NCBI GenBank assembly: GCA_951406725.2
Contig: OX597830.1
Coordinates: 46,376,001 to 46,440,000 of the forward strand
DNA from: Octopus vulgaris
Lineage: Eukaryota
Reading direction: 5' to 3'
DNA length: 64,000 nucleotides
Shown here: positions 23,270 to 37,535 of the stretch, piece after piece
How positions within the stretch are numbered: the first letter of the stretch is position 1
Layout: each line of letters opens with the position of its first letter
Position numbers and translations under genes: made by a program
Notes under the pieces: model-generated
Told to the model about the DNA's origin: nothing
The model's input: only the letters and a program-made list of their open reading frames with translations
The model's database searches: none

Positions 23270-26200
23270 TCAGATCTAATACAGCTATAGGTCAGACCCG
23301 ATTCTGATTGGTCAAAACATTGATGACGTCTCGTTCTGCTGGACTAGCCACCTAACGGGATGATTGGTCAAAACATTGATGACGTCCCGTTCTGCTGGAC
23401 TGGCCACCTAACGAGATGATTGGTCAAAACATTGATGACGTCTCGTTCCGCTGGACTAGCTACCTAACAGGATACAGTCATGGATCAGATCTAATTTCAA
23501 TCCGTCAAAAACAAGGATGACGTATTTCTTACGTGGCCAAACTGTCGTTCTGCTTGGTTGGTTTCCTAACAGGATATATTCGTTGAGACTGAGTTTTGAT
23601 TGGTTGGGAACTATATGACGTCAGTGAAAAATGCAAGTGAGACAGCTAAGCTGAGCTGATATAAACCCAAACAATTCACAAAATTCACCAAAACTATACG
23701 AAGAGACACCAACCAAAAATCATTACAGTTGCTCCCATTGGAACACAAGATAAAATCTAAAATGAATTCCTCGCTTTTTCAAGAACATGAATTTTTTATA
23801 TTTGACTCTATTGAATGCATATCACCACTATGAACTACTACATCATACTCTTTAAACATATAGCATGGACTCGCTTTACTATATATGAATTTTTTATGTT
23901 TGACTCTATTGAATATTATATACTCTTTTACTTGTTTCAGTCATTTGACTGCGGCCATGCTGGAGCACCGCCTTTAGTTGAGCAAATCGACCCCGGGACT
24001 TATTCTTTGTAAGCCCAGTACTTATTCTATCGGTCTCTTTTGCCGAACCGCTAAGTGACGGGGATGTAAACACACCAGCATCGGTTGTCAAGCAATGCTA
24101 GATGGACAAACACAAACACATACACACACACACTTATATATATATATATATATACATATATACGACAGGCTTCTTTCAGTTTCCGTCTACCAAATCCACT
24201 CACAAGGCATTGGTCGGCCCGAGGCTATAGCAGAAGACACTTGCCCAAGATGCCACGCAGTGGGACTGAACCCGGAACCATGTGGTTGGTTAGCAAGCTA
24301 CTTACCACACAGCCACTTCTGCGCATGAATTTTTTATATTTGATAGCATGAACTATCTTTTTTATACATAATTTTTTTTGATAAGGTTCGTCATTTCAAG
24401 AACCGAAACATGTTAAATAAATAATGTATATATAAAAATTAAAATTTGTCTAATATAGCAGCATTTTCAAACTTCATTTTTTACAAATATATACCCACTC
24501 GTATACGAGCTAATCTTATTATAAATATATATATATATATATACATACACACAAGTAAAGCCACATCTAACAAAGAATGTTGTGCTTAGTGAAGTTCACC
24601 AGTGTATGAAGATATATTAAGGTTATGGAAAAGGTTGGTGGCTGTCGAAGAAATCATTTTTTTTTTTTTAGAGTTCTGCACAGAAACCTTGATTCTGAGA
24701 AATATATGGAATCTTGGTTATTCAGAGGAATTCATTTATTAGCAATTTGTTATGGGGCCAATAGCATGTCATGGTTACAGTGTTTGTGCAGACACAGAGG
24801 GATGAAGGAATTGAAGAAACACTCCTTGAAAATGTGTCAAAATGTATACAAATGGGTACAGGTATAACTGTAGGGCTAAGAATTTCATTTTGGGTTCAGT
24901 TGCTATGTGTGCCACTTTGGGTAAATTTCTTCAGCTATTATAGTTTCAGCCTGACAAACATGAAGACAGTTCTGCTGTATGCAGGAGAAACATGGAGAGT
25001 CATAAAGATCTCCATCAACAAGCTCCAAACGTTTGTGAAGAAATGTCTCAGGAACTTCTTTCAGATGCTATGGCAAGACAGATTCATAAACACTTGTAGC
25101 AACAAGTGAACCCAGATCAAGTAGAAGGAAATGGGGCTGGTGGATACACAACCCTACATAAACCCCATTTTCAACATTACAAGACAAGCCTTCCTAACAA
25201 CACACCAAGCAGATCAGACCAAAGGCAACATGGAGAAGGACCATGGAAACCGAAGCACTGATGACAGGTAGCTACACCTGGGCACAAATTATAATCCATT
25301 GCCAAAGATGAAAACAGATGGCAGTCTTTTGTTGGAACTCTATGCTCCAAAAGGGAGTTAAGGAAAAGTTTTGGGTCGACTAATGTCAGGTGGACGAAAT
25401 GGGTAAACAGAACCTATGCAAAGCTGTTGTGTGTGTGTGTGTATATAATACACACACACACTGACAGAATGAGTATTGGGATCAACAAAAACCCTTCAAG
25501 GCATGCCCCAGCATGGGCTGCAGTCCAATGACTTAAGCAAGAATAAATGAATAAATAAAATGTAGAAGGAATAGAAATAAATAGGAAACTAAAACAGACA
25601 ATTTATCTGCTGCCAAAATATCAAAACCAGATCTCGGTTCAAAAGCAGCCTGAGCATCTCTTTCTTTTTAAAGACACGGTGCATCTAAGATTACACAGGT
25701 CAATGTATATATAAGAACAGTATATATAAATGATTAAGAAATTCAGTTTGGAACAACAAAGTCCTCAGTTCGATTCTACTGCATATAAATGGCTGGGTAT
25801 TCCACAAAGACACATACCCTTAATGCAATTCTCAAACAGATCTGACATGACACAGGGTGGGACAAAGCTGTTCTTTCAGATTACAGCTACAATCTGTCTG
25901 ATGGGTTTCTTTCTATATACACACTTTGTTTTGTCATTTTCTCTTGTTTGGAGTCGACCAATATTTTGTGAGTGAAATTGAACAGGTGGAAACTGTACAG
26001 AAGCCTACCATGTGAAAAGTGCCTCTAACTCTAAGGGTATATTGTGTTTATGGAATACCCAACCATTTTCAAGCTGATTCAAAGAGAAACAAATTCTGTT
26101 GAGCAAACAACTGAAAACTTATCAAGATTATCAGAGATCCAGACATGCACACAATAACCAAAGTGTTCTTCCTTTAACAGGATGGCAAAGGGGAGTTCAA

Positions 26201-27751
26201 TTCAGCTGCTAATTCTAGCAGGCCAAGCAACTACATACAGGTTCCTTTGTTGGCTTGTCAGAAGAAAAGTATTACATGTTGTGAAGGAATTTGGATGAAG
26301 TAGTCATGTCTGCAAATAAAAGCAGTGATTTCTCTTTTCTATCTCACCCACCAGGTCTGTACAGCAATGTATGTAACCAGGTGAGATTTTCCCTACTCTA
26401 TGGCATCAGACGAGTTGGTTGTGATGCTGTATGTGAGAGGGTCTGTCATGTTTAGTGACAAAATAAGTCACATTGCTTTGTATGGTCCAGAATTGGCAGA
26501 ATCTGGTGTGGGTTTGCAAGCCACAACTAATTCAAAGCAAATAATACGACTAAACAAATATAATTGTCATAAGCAAAGGAGAAAATTATCCACGCTTCAA
26601 GCAATTACATTTATTCTTGCTAGAATTAGACATTAAATCCTCTTTGAACAACTCTACAGAACACATCGGATAATGGAGTTTTAAATATATCTGAAAACAG
26701 ATGGGATGTTCATGGCTGGAATACTTTTAAACATGGGTCTGTTTAATTAGGACTGACCTGAAAATATAAAAGGTCTGAAGAAGGTCTGTCTCTTCTAAAT
26801 TCTACTGTGAATGCACCATACTTTATTATTTGTTTTGTCCTAGTTATATTTATTTTGTCCCAATCTAAAGATTTTAACTTTTTTTTTTTTTCTTTTTATT
26901 CAATTATTACCATTTATTCCATCCTTTGCTGTTACCAAAGATACTATAGCATATTAGAGTCAGTTCTAACAACTTTCCTCTTCCTGATCACCATTAAGTA
27001 GCAGACGAACATTTCTGGCTTGGAACAAAATTCCCAAACTATTTATTCTAATGTGGTTAGATGTAAGAAAATTTCACTCAACACTACAAATGTTCCTCTT
27101 GTTAATTACACAGCAATGATTTGCACTGACCAGGGAACCCTTTTCTTTTTTATTGTTTTTTCTGTTACCACAAAGTGAATAAGGCCACAAAAAATACATT
27201 TTCATTACCATAAACACAAAGTAAAACAGGTTACAGAGATATTTAATGAACTAATAATGCTGAAACTAAGAAGTTTCTTTCTCTTTACTAAACTGAAATA
27301 TTTTTTTTTTGACTAACCCACTTCATCCTTGACCCTTTAAATGGTTCCATCAGAGAGCAAAATAAAAATCATCTGACAAGTCAAAAGCACAGAGTAATTC
27401 CAATGGACATTTTAAACTATTCATTATACAGTATCCATGTCAGTAAGACCTTTGACGAAGGGGAATAATCCCACACTTTGCACAGACTCCAATCAATATG
27501 GTTGGTCAAATAGAAAATGTTGTTCATCTTGCTGGCTGTGGATATCACTGGGCTTTGGCCATGCAGGAGCACCACCTTGAAGGGTTTCATTGAACAAATC
27601 AACCCCAGTATTTAAGTCTGGCACTTACTGGTATTATCTGATATTAAGTTTATTATAAACATTGTCTTATATTTGTTATCGATTACATTAAGTGTTTGTT
27701 CTTAGGTATGAATACAGTAATGTGTTCACATAATTAGATTTGTGATGACCC

Positions 27752-27784
<33 letters not shown>

Positions 27785-30700
27785 TGAGGGAAGGAGGGAG
27801 GAGTAGTAAGGAATAGGGACAAAGGTGAATTGGTGGATTATGTGTTTCATTTGCCCTGCAGATATTTAAACTGAGAAACAATAATAAAGAAAAGAGGCTG
27901 TAACACAAAATTTGAATATTTGTCATTTAAGCCAACTCAATCAAAACCATTTATGTTCCAACTACTTCAAAATACAGTTTATACTTTAACCGTTCAGAAA
28001 TTGATAAATATTGGACTCCCCAATTTTTCAACACTGCTCCCCTTCTTTATTAATGAAATGACAAAACAAATTTTGTTTCCATAAAACTTTTCTTTCTTCT
28101 CCAAAATGTTGTGACAAGTTTAAAAAATTGGAAACCATTTTTGAATTTCAGTAAACATACCAAGTCACTCCCGCAACCATTCCTTACAAGGAACACTGGT
28201 ATTTATGTTTTATTAGTCACCACTCCTTGTCTATTTTCAGAAGAACAAACAACTGTAAGGAAAGCTTTCAACTGCCTGGAATGGCAGTCAAATCACCCTC
28301 ATATAGCATCCTGACAGCTTATACAAAGAAAGGATTGATTGGATTACATCAGACATACCCCCCTCCCACCAAAAAAAAAAAAGACGGAAGAACTTAAACA
28401 ATAAAACTGCCTCAGAAGAAACTGAACTCAAAAATATGGTTTGATACTGTAGCAATTCTCTCCTAGCTAAACCAACACCCAGCACTTCCATGCCTGGCAG
28501 AAACTAGGGAGTGGTTTTCAGAAGTTAATGCTAGAAACAAGAATTCATCAGTTGTCTCTCACCTGGAACTAATCAGAGATATTCTACAAAACTTATATCA
28601 TTGTTAGAACTTCATTTCCATTCATAAAGCGCCGACTCTGACACCTTTAAGTTTACATTTTTGAAATCTAATTGATGTTTGCCTTGTAAGCTTCAGGAAT
28701 TATTCCCTATACCCTCCCCCTCACATACAACATATTAAAATGGCCAAACAATGCAATCATGAAGAGAAGATCTCTGACATGTTGGGTAATGCTAAAATAC
28801 TTCAATCATCCTCAAGATCATGCTCACAATTATTAATTCAACCACACTGACAGAGACAAAGGATGGAATATGAAGAACGATCCAAACTTAAAATCCAGAT
28901 GAGGTCATCAATCCTATTTTCAAAAGAACCACTAAAATCCCTGCATTTCAAACGAGGATTCGTTTGGTTATAAATTTTGTAGGAGAAACAAACCAGAAAG
29001 CGAGCTTCTCCACATGGAATGGTATCTTTCTGGTATTTGGAATGGAATTCCAAGAATACAAGAAAATGTGGGTAGACATCTGTACTGAGAAAACAAATAG
29101 ATCTTTATTTTTACCAATTCCTATACAAACATTAAATTATTGGTTTGGATTTATGGCTTAAAACAGTTTTACCAGGACATTTTAGAGACTTTATTTGTGG
29201 GCAAACTGAAATTTGAACCAGGCAAAATTTTGCCCTAACTCAACTAGGTGCTTGACCTGCAAGAAATAGCAGCCAAATCTCTCATACTCTGCTTTCTTAA
29301 GAAAGAAAGGATAATGTTGTCTTTGATATAGATGTCTATAAAAAGACAAGATAGCACAGCTGAAACCCTTTTAACTAATCGTCAGCTTAATTAGAACTGA
29401 CTAGTAACTGAACAAGAAGAAATTATAGAAGAAATGATGGAATACAAATTTATGAAAGGAAATAAAATTGTGCTTCATTGATGGCTTCCTCAAAAACATT
29501 TGTGGCACAAGAAAAGTGGGTTAGTTTTGACTGCATCTTAAGACTTCATTGATGGAGAAGTTTTTTCTCTAAATATAATCTGAAACATAGGTAGAAGGTC
29601 ACAAATCGAGAAGGAGGAATTAATTGTTTAAACTCTATTTTATCAACCTTGATGGATTCAGAATATATGGGACCTTGATCAAATACCACAAGGCATTTAT
29701 CTGATGCTCTCAAGACTCAATGCTTCACTGTATTTAGTTACCATTCTTTTTCGTTCTGACTTGAAATCCAACCAAGACTAACTTCAGCATATCCATTTTC
29801 CTAGCATTGGAAAATAAGGAACCAATGAGGAGGGGAGGGTGTCATCCTAACAGACTATATATGAACTCCTCCAAAATGTGTGACCGTGTGCCAATGTCAG
29901 CAATCATCATCATCATCATCATCATCCTCGTTGTTGTTAGAATAAGGGACCACTATGGAGGAAGAGCTGAGTTCTGGCACAACACCCAAAATGCTGCCTA
30001 AAAGACTGAAAGAAAGGAGAATTGAAACTTGCGCTGCTGACCGGCAGAAAAGTACCATTCTTATATTCTGCAAGAACCCTCAGGAAGACTCTTGAGATTT
30101 TAGGAGACTTGTCATCACCAAACTTCAAGATAAGACACCTGCCTTTTTGTCTGATGCTCTACCAATTCTGTCTGCTTGCTGTTTTCAATAACAACAATAA
30201 CAATCCTTTCTACTATAGGCACATGGCCTGAAATTTTGAGGGAAAGACAAAAATAATGGAAAATGGAAAATACAGAAAAATGCAGAAATTCAAAAATGCT
30301 TGCAAGTCTCTCCGACATTCCTTTCCTGCTGTGATTTTATTCCTTCTCCCCAAACCCAAAAGTCGGATGCTAGAAACTTACAAATATATTCGTCTTCAAG
30401 TGTTTTGAAAACTGAAAATTCAGTGGAGCCAGAATACTTTTATGAAAAATGCGTACTTTAGGGTGTTTGTCAAAGTTAAGATTCATTTGTGGTAAAATGC
30501 TCGGCAAGCTCCATCAAGCCGTGTCATCGTGCCCCGACGCCTTTTGCCATTAAATTTTAAAACTTTTCTGTTGTGCAGCCAACACAAACCAAGTTGGTGT
30601 TTAGTGAGGGCATTCAGCCATGAACACCAAACGGGAAGCATTACACGTCCCACTTTCTGTTTAAATCTTCTGTTGCTTATTTGCTTCAGTAATTAGACTG

Positions 30701-31254
30701 TGGCCATGCTGGAGCACTGCCTTGAAGAAGTTTTAGTTGAGTTATTGACCCCAGTTCTTTTTTTAAGCCTGGTGTTTATTCTGTTGATCACATTTGCTGA
30801 ACTGCTATGTTACAGGGATGTAAACAAACCAACACCGAGAGTGGAGAGACAAACAAACAAACACACCCAGACGTCCAGCAGGGAGAAACTCTAAATGGGT
30901 TTTGACTACAATCAGGTGTCCTTTTAATAATAATTCTGCTTGCCATTGCGTTCCTTGGCCCTGTCGGTAATGCTTTCATGGGATTAGAAAAAAAGGAGAG
31001 AGAGAAGTGTCCATGGCATGAGGCAGAAGGGAGGGAGAAAAAGAGGATAAGGCAAAGAGTGAGACAGAAAGGGGGAGAGAGAAGCGTCCATGATGTGAGG
31101 GAGGGGGAATGTAATATTTATTACATAGTTAAAAAAGTTAGTTGAAGGTAGAGGAGGAGAGTTAATATGATTTTATCAGAGGGGTGGTGTTCTGATGGTG
31201 AAAGGCAGACAGGGAGAGAGAGAGAGAGAGAGAAGAGGAGAGAGAGAGAGAAGA

Positions 31255-31289
<35 letters not shown>

Positions 31290-34200
31290 GATGGTGGTAG
31301 TGGTGACTGGATAATGAAAAGTGTATTTATTTTTATATCACCCATCACTTAACACATGCACATAAGTGCAGTTCTGTGAAATATTCACGCCTATTTATGC
31401 AGCAGATATTTACAATGTAATTAAAGGTTGTATCATAGGCATGGAATATATTTTTTTGTTTCCAGGTAAAATAGAAAAATAAAAGTGAATATTTATTTTA
31501 TGAGTGCTGTGTATTAAAGCCTATAAAATTGTGCATAAAGTATATAAAGTGCATTAAGTAATCGTATTCCAGTTTCCTTCACTTTTCAATGAGTAGCAGA
31601 TGAGCGACCATCTTTCCATACAGACACAACACAGATACGCTTTCAGTTGTTTTGGATAGTTTTCAGAAATAACCCAATAAGTTTTACCATTAATTCCATG
31701 AACTATTCCTGGGTCTTGCCAGTAAGTTAATTTTTGTCTTACACCTTGTTATGTCTAAAGGTAACAACTGGCAGCTGAAATTCTTCACTTTTAGGAAATA
31801 TCTCATGCAAACACTTGAAATGCCAGCAAACATTTTGGTCCCAGTTAATAACTAAAGGAATTCAGTTAAAACATGCTGGTTGGGAAGAAATGAACAAAAT
31901 GACTGGAAAATTCCATCATCCTCATTATTTAACATCCATTTTCCATGCTGGCACAAGTTGCATGGTATGAGAGGAACTGGCAAAGCCAAGGGCTGCACCA
32001 GGTTCCAGAGTCGGTTTCGGTATAGTCACCACAGCTGGATGCCCCTTCCTAATGTCAAACTCGTTACAGGGTGCACTGAGTGTGTTTTATGTGACACCTT
32101 GGTTTTAGGGGACCAATTCTGTTGTGGTGGGCAAGCCTTCTTCAGCACAGCAATGTGCCACATTATCACAGTCCTATGTCCTCTCCTTCGTAAGGGTTCT
32201 GTGTTTTGAGCTCGCCCTTCAATACTTTGTCCCATGTCTTGCAGGATCTCCCACTTCCTTCTATTTTAAGTAACCAGCACTCCTTTATGAGAGCTACTGG
32301 AATTCATCCACACCACACAATCAAACCAGTGCAGCCTCCTCTCTTGTACCCTGAATCTAATTCCTCTTATACTCAGTTCTTTCGGTCCGCCAGTGCTCTG
32401 TCCTACATGTACACTGACATTGCACATCCAACAGAGCATTCACACCAACTTCATTCCTCTCTAGCCTTCACATGTCCTCTGCTTTCAGGGTCTATGCCTC
32501 ACTACCATGTAGCATTGCAGTTCACACACAAGCATCATACAATCTTCTTTTCACTCAGAGAGAGAGAGAAAGACCTTTGGTTGCCAACAGAGGTAAAAGC
32601 TTTCCGAACCTTCTCCATCCTATTCTTTATTCTTGCAATTACACTTTCTGTAGATTCTCTTCCACAGATTTATACAAAACTTTTTGACTCAGTGTCCACT
32701 TTCTTTTCTTTTTTTTTTTTTTGTTGCTTTTGTTTCTTCTTGTAAACAGTTAAGAACAAGCAAAACTGGATTACGGGACAGTCCTATTGAATTTTGGAAT
32801 TTCTGCATTTCCTGTGTATTCTTGTCTTATCTTTGTTTTATTATAAATTGTTCTCTTCTAATTATCTATCTACTTTTGTGAAGAATTTCAACATTTTTAT
32901 AAATAATAATAATAATAATAATCCTTTCTACTGGAGGCACAAGGCTTCAAATTTAGGCGAAGGGATGAGTCAATTACATTGACCCCAGTGTTTTGCTGGT
33001 ACTTAATTTATCAATACTGGAAAGATGAAAGGCAAAGTTGACCTCGGCGGAAGATGAACTCAGAATGTAGTGGCAGACGAAAGCATTTCGCCCAGCATGC
33101 TAATGATTCTGTCAACTCTCTGCCTAAATAATATCATCAAATTCTGGCACAAGGCCAGCAATTGAGAGGGGACCAGTTGATATCACTGATCTGAGTAATT
33201 GGCTCATACTTTATTTAACTGAGCTCAAAATGATGAACAGCAAAGTTGGCCTTGGCTAGATTTGAACTCTCTGTAGTGTGTCACAATTGATAAGCATATT
33301 AGAAGGTTGCCAATATTTGTCTAGAAAGAATTGGGTCAAGAATCAACAAGGGACAAGACAAATACTTGTAATCAGAATAAGAAAAAAAATTTACATAGGG
33401 GCAGTCATGGCTGTGTGGTAAAATGCTTGCTTCCCAGCCATGTGGTTCCCGGTTCAGTCCCACTGCATGGCACCTTAGGCAAGTATCTTTCTACTAAAAC
33501 CTTGTACTGACCAAAGCCTTATGAACGGATTTGGTAGACAGAAACTGAAAGAAGCCCACCGTGCGTGTGTGTGCATGCACATGCACGTGCGTTTATGTTT
33601 GTCCCCACCACCACTTAATAACCAGTGTTGGTGTGTCCCCATGACTTAGCAGCTCAGCAAAAACAGGCCAACAGAATGAATAACAGGCTTTAAGAAAAAA
33701 AATAAGTAGCAGGGTCAATTCCTTTGACCGAAATTCTTCAAGATGGCGCCCCAGCATGGCCAGTTTAATGGCATACAAATATGAAAGATAAATAGAAGTA
33801 AAAGTAGAAGCCCCTGTCTGTTAATAAAAGAAAAAAAAAGTTACAGACCAGCTGAAAAAAAAATGTATATATATTTATATAAACACAGAAAAAAAAGCAA
33901 GATTGATAAACAAATAAAAAGATGTTTTTTTTTTTTTTTTTTTGATGTTAGAAGCAAACTAGCGTCAGTGCAAGCAAGCATGCAGAACAACTACAGCAAT
34001 AGCTACAGGGATGAGGTAAATAAATAAACAAAAACAAAACAAATATTAACAAAAAAGAGTAAAAGAATGCAATCATGGATTTATTGGTAAAAAAAAAGGA
34101 AAGAACCAAAACGATTATTTTTTCAATCACAAGCAACAAGGGACAAATAATATTTTTAAACAGCCTCACACACACACACACACATATATATCAGGTCCAT

Positions 34201-35596
34201 CATATATATTTGGTCATATATATATATATATATATTTGGTCATAGATATCTGTATAAACCTAAAAATACCTACGATCATTACTTTTCACAAACAACAGTA
34301 ACTTTGTGACCGATGCCATGCTTTGACAAATTTCTTTCATCAAAAAGCGACAATGAAGTAAGAAGAAGCCGTCATCACATTCTTCATCCTCCCATCAGAA
34401 TGTCTTCCTTGATTACCGTACGCAACATGGTCGGTTTATGATATTTCTCCACTGTTCTGACGAGTCCCTGACTGAATGGCTGTATTTTGGAACCAAACAC
34501 TTGACCTCTCTGCCTAGCAGTCGTCCATACTGTGTGACCCCCCCCCCCATGTTGTCACAAATTGCTCCAGTCCAACACTTTCTCAATGGACTCAATCAAG
34601 AAGTTACAAATTCTTCCCCAAAAAAAACTAAGATTAAAACGTGAACATACCATCCATGTCTTGTTTTATGACTTGTACTTCATGTTAAACGAGATCTTGT
34701 CATTAGTCTTGGAGCAACATGGATTAATATATTATTACATATGGACAAATGGTAATTTGTGAATGACAGTGGCATCGAATTCAAGTTAAAGTCACACTCT
34801 GATATTTATGTATTTCAGGTCTTCATAGTTGGTTTTCCTCAGAGGATGCAAATGTTTGCACACCTAAACAACCCATTTTTCGTACATATTGTACAACTGT
34901 TCAAGTTCATAATTTTCTTCCTAGAAAATGGATTGTCGGATGAAGTTGTTTATGGTGCTGTCATCCATTGACTTCTGATTCTCAAGAAAGCTAAAGTACT
35001 TAATGCCATGAAGAACGTTACAACACTGTAATCACCTTGGTGGGATTTTCATTTAAAAATTGTTTTTCTGATTGGATTTGTTCATGGAAACTGAAAGTTT
35101 ATTTCTTGTAAAATCAGGCCAAAGATAAGAATCCCATTTTCAAACAAAAATATGGCTAATTCCACTTCCATTGATTTCTAAGCTTTTCTTTTCAATGCAC
35201 GGCAAACGCTGCTTCCATTGATAAATTCTTTCATTACCAGTTTAGCATTTTTGATGCTGGATACTGTTACATTCCTAGTGTTGTTGTCTTGAGCAAGTTT
35301 CGATGTTGCATCAGCAGAATTCAGAGGCTGCAGAGACTCGTTTTCTGTTTGATTGCTAATTAAAGTGATCAACTGAGATCAAACAAGTCAATTGGGTAAC
35401 CATATATAAACAAAAGATAGTAAATGAAATTCACTTTTAACCATAATTAAAACAAATGGCAGAACTACTACTATTATTATTATTCTTGCATTTTGGGTTA
35501 TACACAATATAGCTAATCAAATGTTCACAGGACACTGATTTGAGTAACACGAGTCTAACTGTGTGTATAATATATGTGTGCATCTCTCTCTCTCTC

Positions 35597-35630
<34 letters not shown>

Positions 35631-37234
35631 TACACACACACATACATACATACATACATATATATGTGTGCGCACACATACACACATCATCATCATTTAA
35701 CATCCATTTTCCATGATACATACATACATCATTTTAATAATAGATGCTTTGCATGCATCAGCAAAGTCCAAGCGAGGTTTCATCCAGAATCCCTACTCAT
35801 CTTCACAAGTCAGAGAAGCATGTCTTGCCTGTCCAATTCCCTTTTGGCTTGGTTTCCATGTCTGGACGCCCTTCTTAAAACCAACCACTTCACACAGTGT
35901 ACTGGATGCGTTTTAACATGGCACCAGCCTCAGTGAGTGACCTTGAAATTTATAAGACTAAAAAAGTCTTTACTACTTGCTTCCAGGATGTGTGACCGAA
36001 GAGTGAATGGCTGAGACGGCAATATCAGAAGAACCAGAATAGGTAAGTGAAAGGAGCAAGAGTGTGGAGAGTAGAAAGAGCCTGACTCAAGGTAGGGGAC
36101 AAAGACTGAGGGGACAGAAATATAGACTGGTGACTGTATGAGAGTTAGATCATGGGTACTGGATACCTTATACAGGGGCCTGTGATGATGAAAGAAGAAG
36201 GCGGCACTGAATACAGAAAGTCTGGTGCAGCCTTCTGCTTGGCCGACTCCTGCCAGCATGGAAAGTGTTAAATGATGATGATTACATATATGTGTGCATG
36301 TGTGTGTCACACACACATGTAAGCAATGTCACAATGTTGGGTTTTATTTTCTATCCAAAATAGTGGAGCATTTCTCATTGTTGCCATAATGTTACCACAT
36401 AAGCATGATATGTGCCTTAAATTAACAGAAGCTCCAGTAATTCTTCTGGTTCTGATTAGCCCGTCTTTTGTTTCTTTTATATGCTCTGACAGTTGCTTCA
36501 GGAAGTGTTCCACTCTTTCCGTTGAACCCTTTCAATTTTAAAGTTGATTTGATTTATTAACTTTTCATTTCCAGAAAAATCAACTCGTGTACCTGGATGA
36601 CACGGTTCAAATGTATTGAGAGAAAAACAGGGCAAAAGAGGAATCAGGTAGAAGTGTACAAGAAGGATGACTTTGCTTGTAGGGAGATGTGATGGGTATG
36701 AATGGGGACAGAGCTTGCAGAAGACATGGGGTGAAGTGGTGAAGGCTGATCTCAGGGCCATGAGCCACATGGAGATGACAAAGGACTGGGATGACTGACA
36801 ATATGTAGTTCTTCAGACAACCTGTCCCCCCTACCTCGTCAAAACCGAGATTCTGGAAGCATTGTGTGTGTCTCTTGCTATGAGAGAGAGAGAGAGAGAG
36901 AGAGACAGAGGAATGAAACCTGAATGCTCAAAAGATAAGAAGCAAAGCTGTCAGTGAGATTTGAGCTCAAAACACAAAGAACTGGAAAAAGAAAACATCA
37001 TGTAAAGCACTCCATCAGGTGTTCTAACGATTCAATTGTGGAGTTTATAAATACCTGTTTACTGACTAAACTACAGGATGACAACCTAACTTTCTTAGAC
37101 TTACTTAACTCTATTTTCTGTTGGTCGTTTTATAAATTCTAAATCTTAACATTAAATGTATCGTTTTCATTTTGTTCGGGGTAATTAATCACTTATTTAG
37201 CACAGCCATACAGCTTAACCTGCACATATATATG

Positions 37235-37268
<34 letters not shown>

Positions 37269-37504
37269 TATATATATGTACGGCCAATGCCAGTGCCGTC
37301 TGACTGGCTACTGTGCCAGTGGCATGTAAAAAGCACCCACTACACTCTCGGAGCGGTTGGCATTAGGAAGGGTATCCAGCTGTAGAAACCTTGCCAGATC
37401 AGATTAGAGTCTGGAGCAGCCTCTTGGCTTGCCAGCCCTCAGTCAAACTGTCCAACCCACGCCAGCATGGAAAGCAGACGTTAAACAATGATGATGATAT
37501 ATAT

Positions 37505-37535
<31 letters not shown>

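Noticed and set aside
23305-23475. Regular repeats as a CRISPR array (also 45325-45625)
   Set aside because: Head-to-tail units without unique spacers, no cas genes, eukaryotic context.
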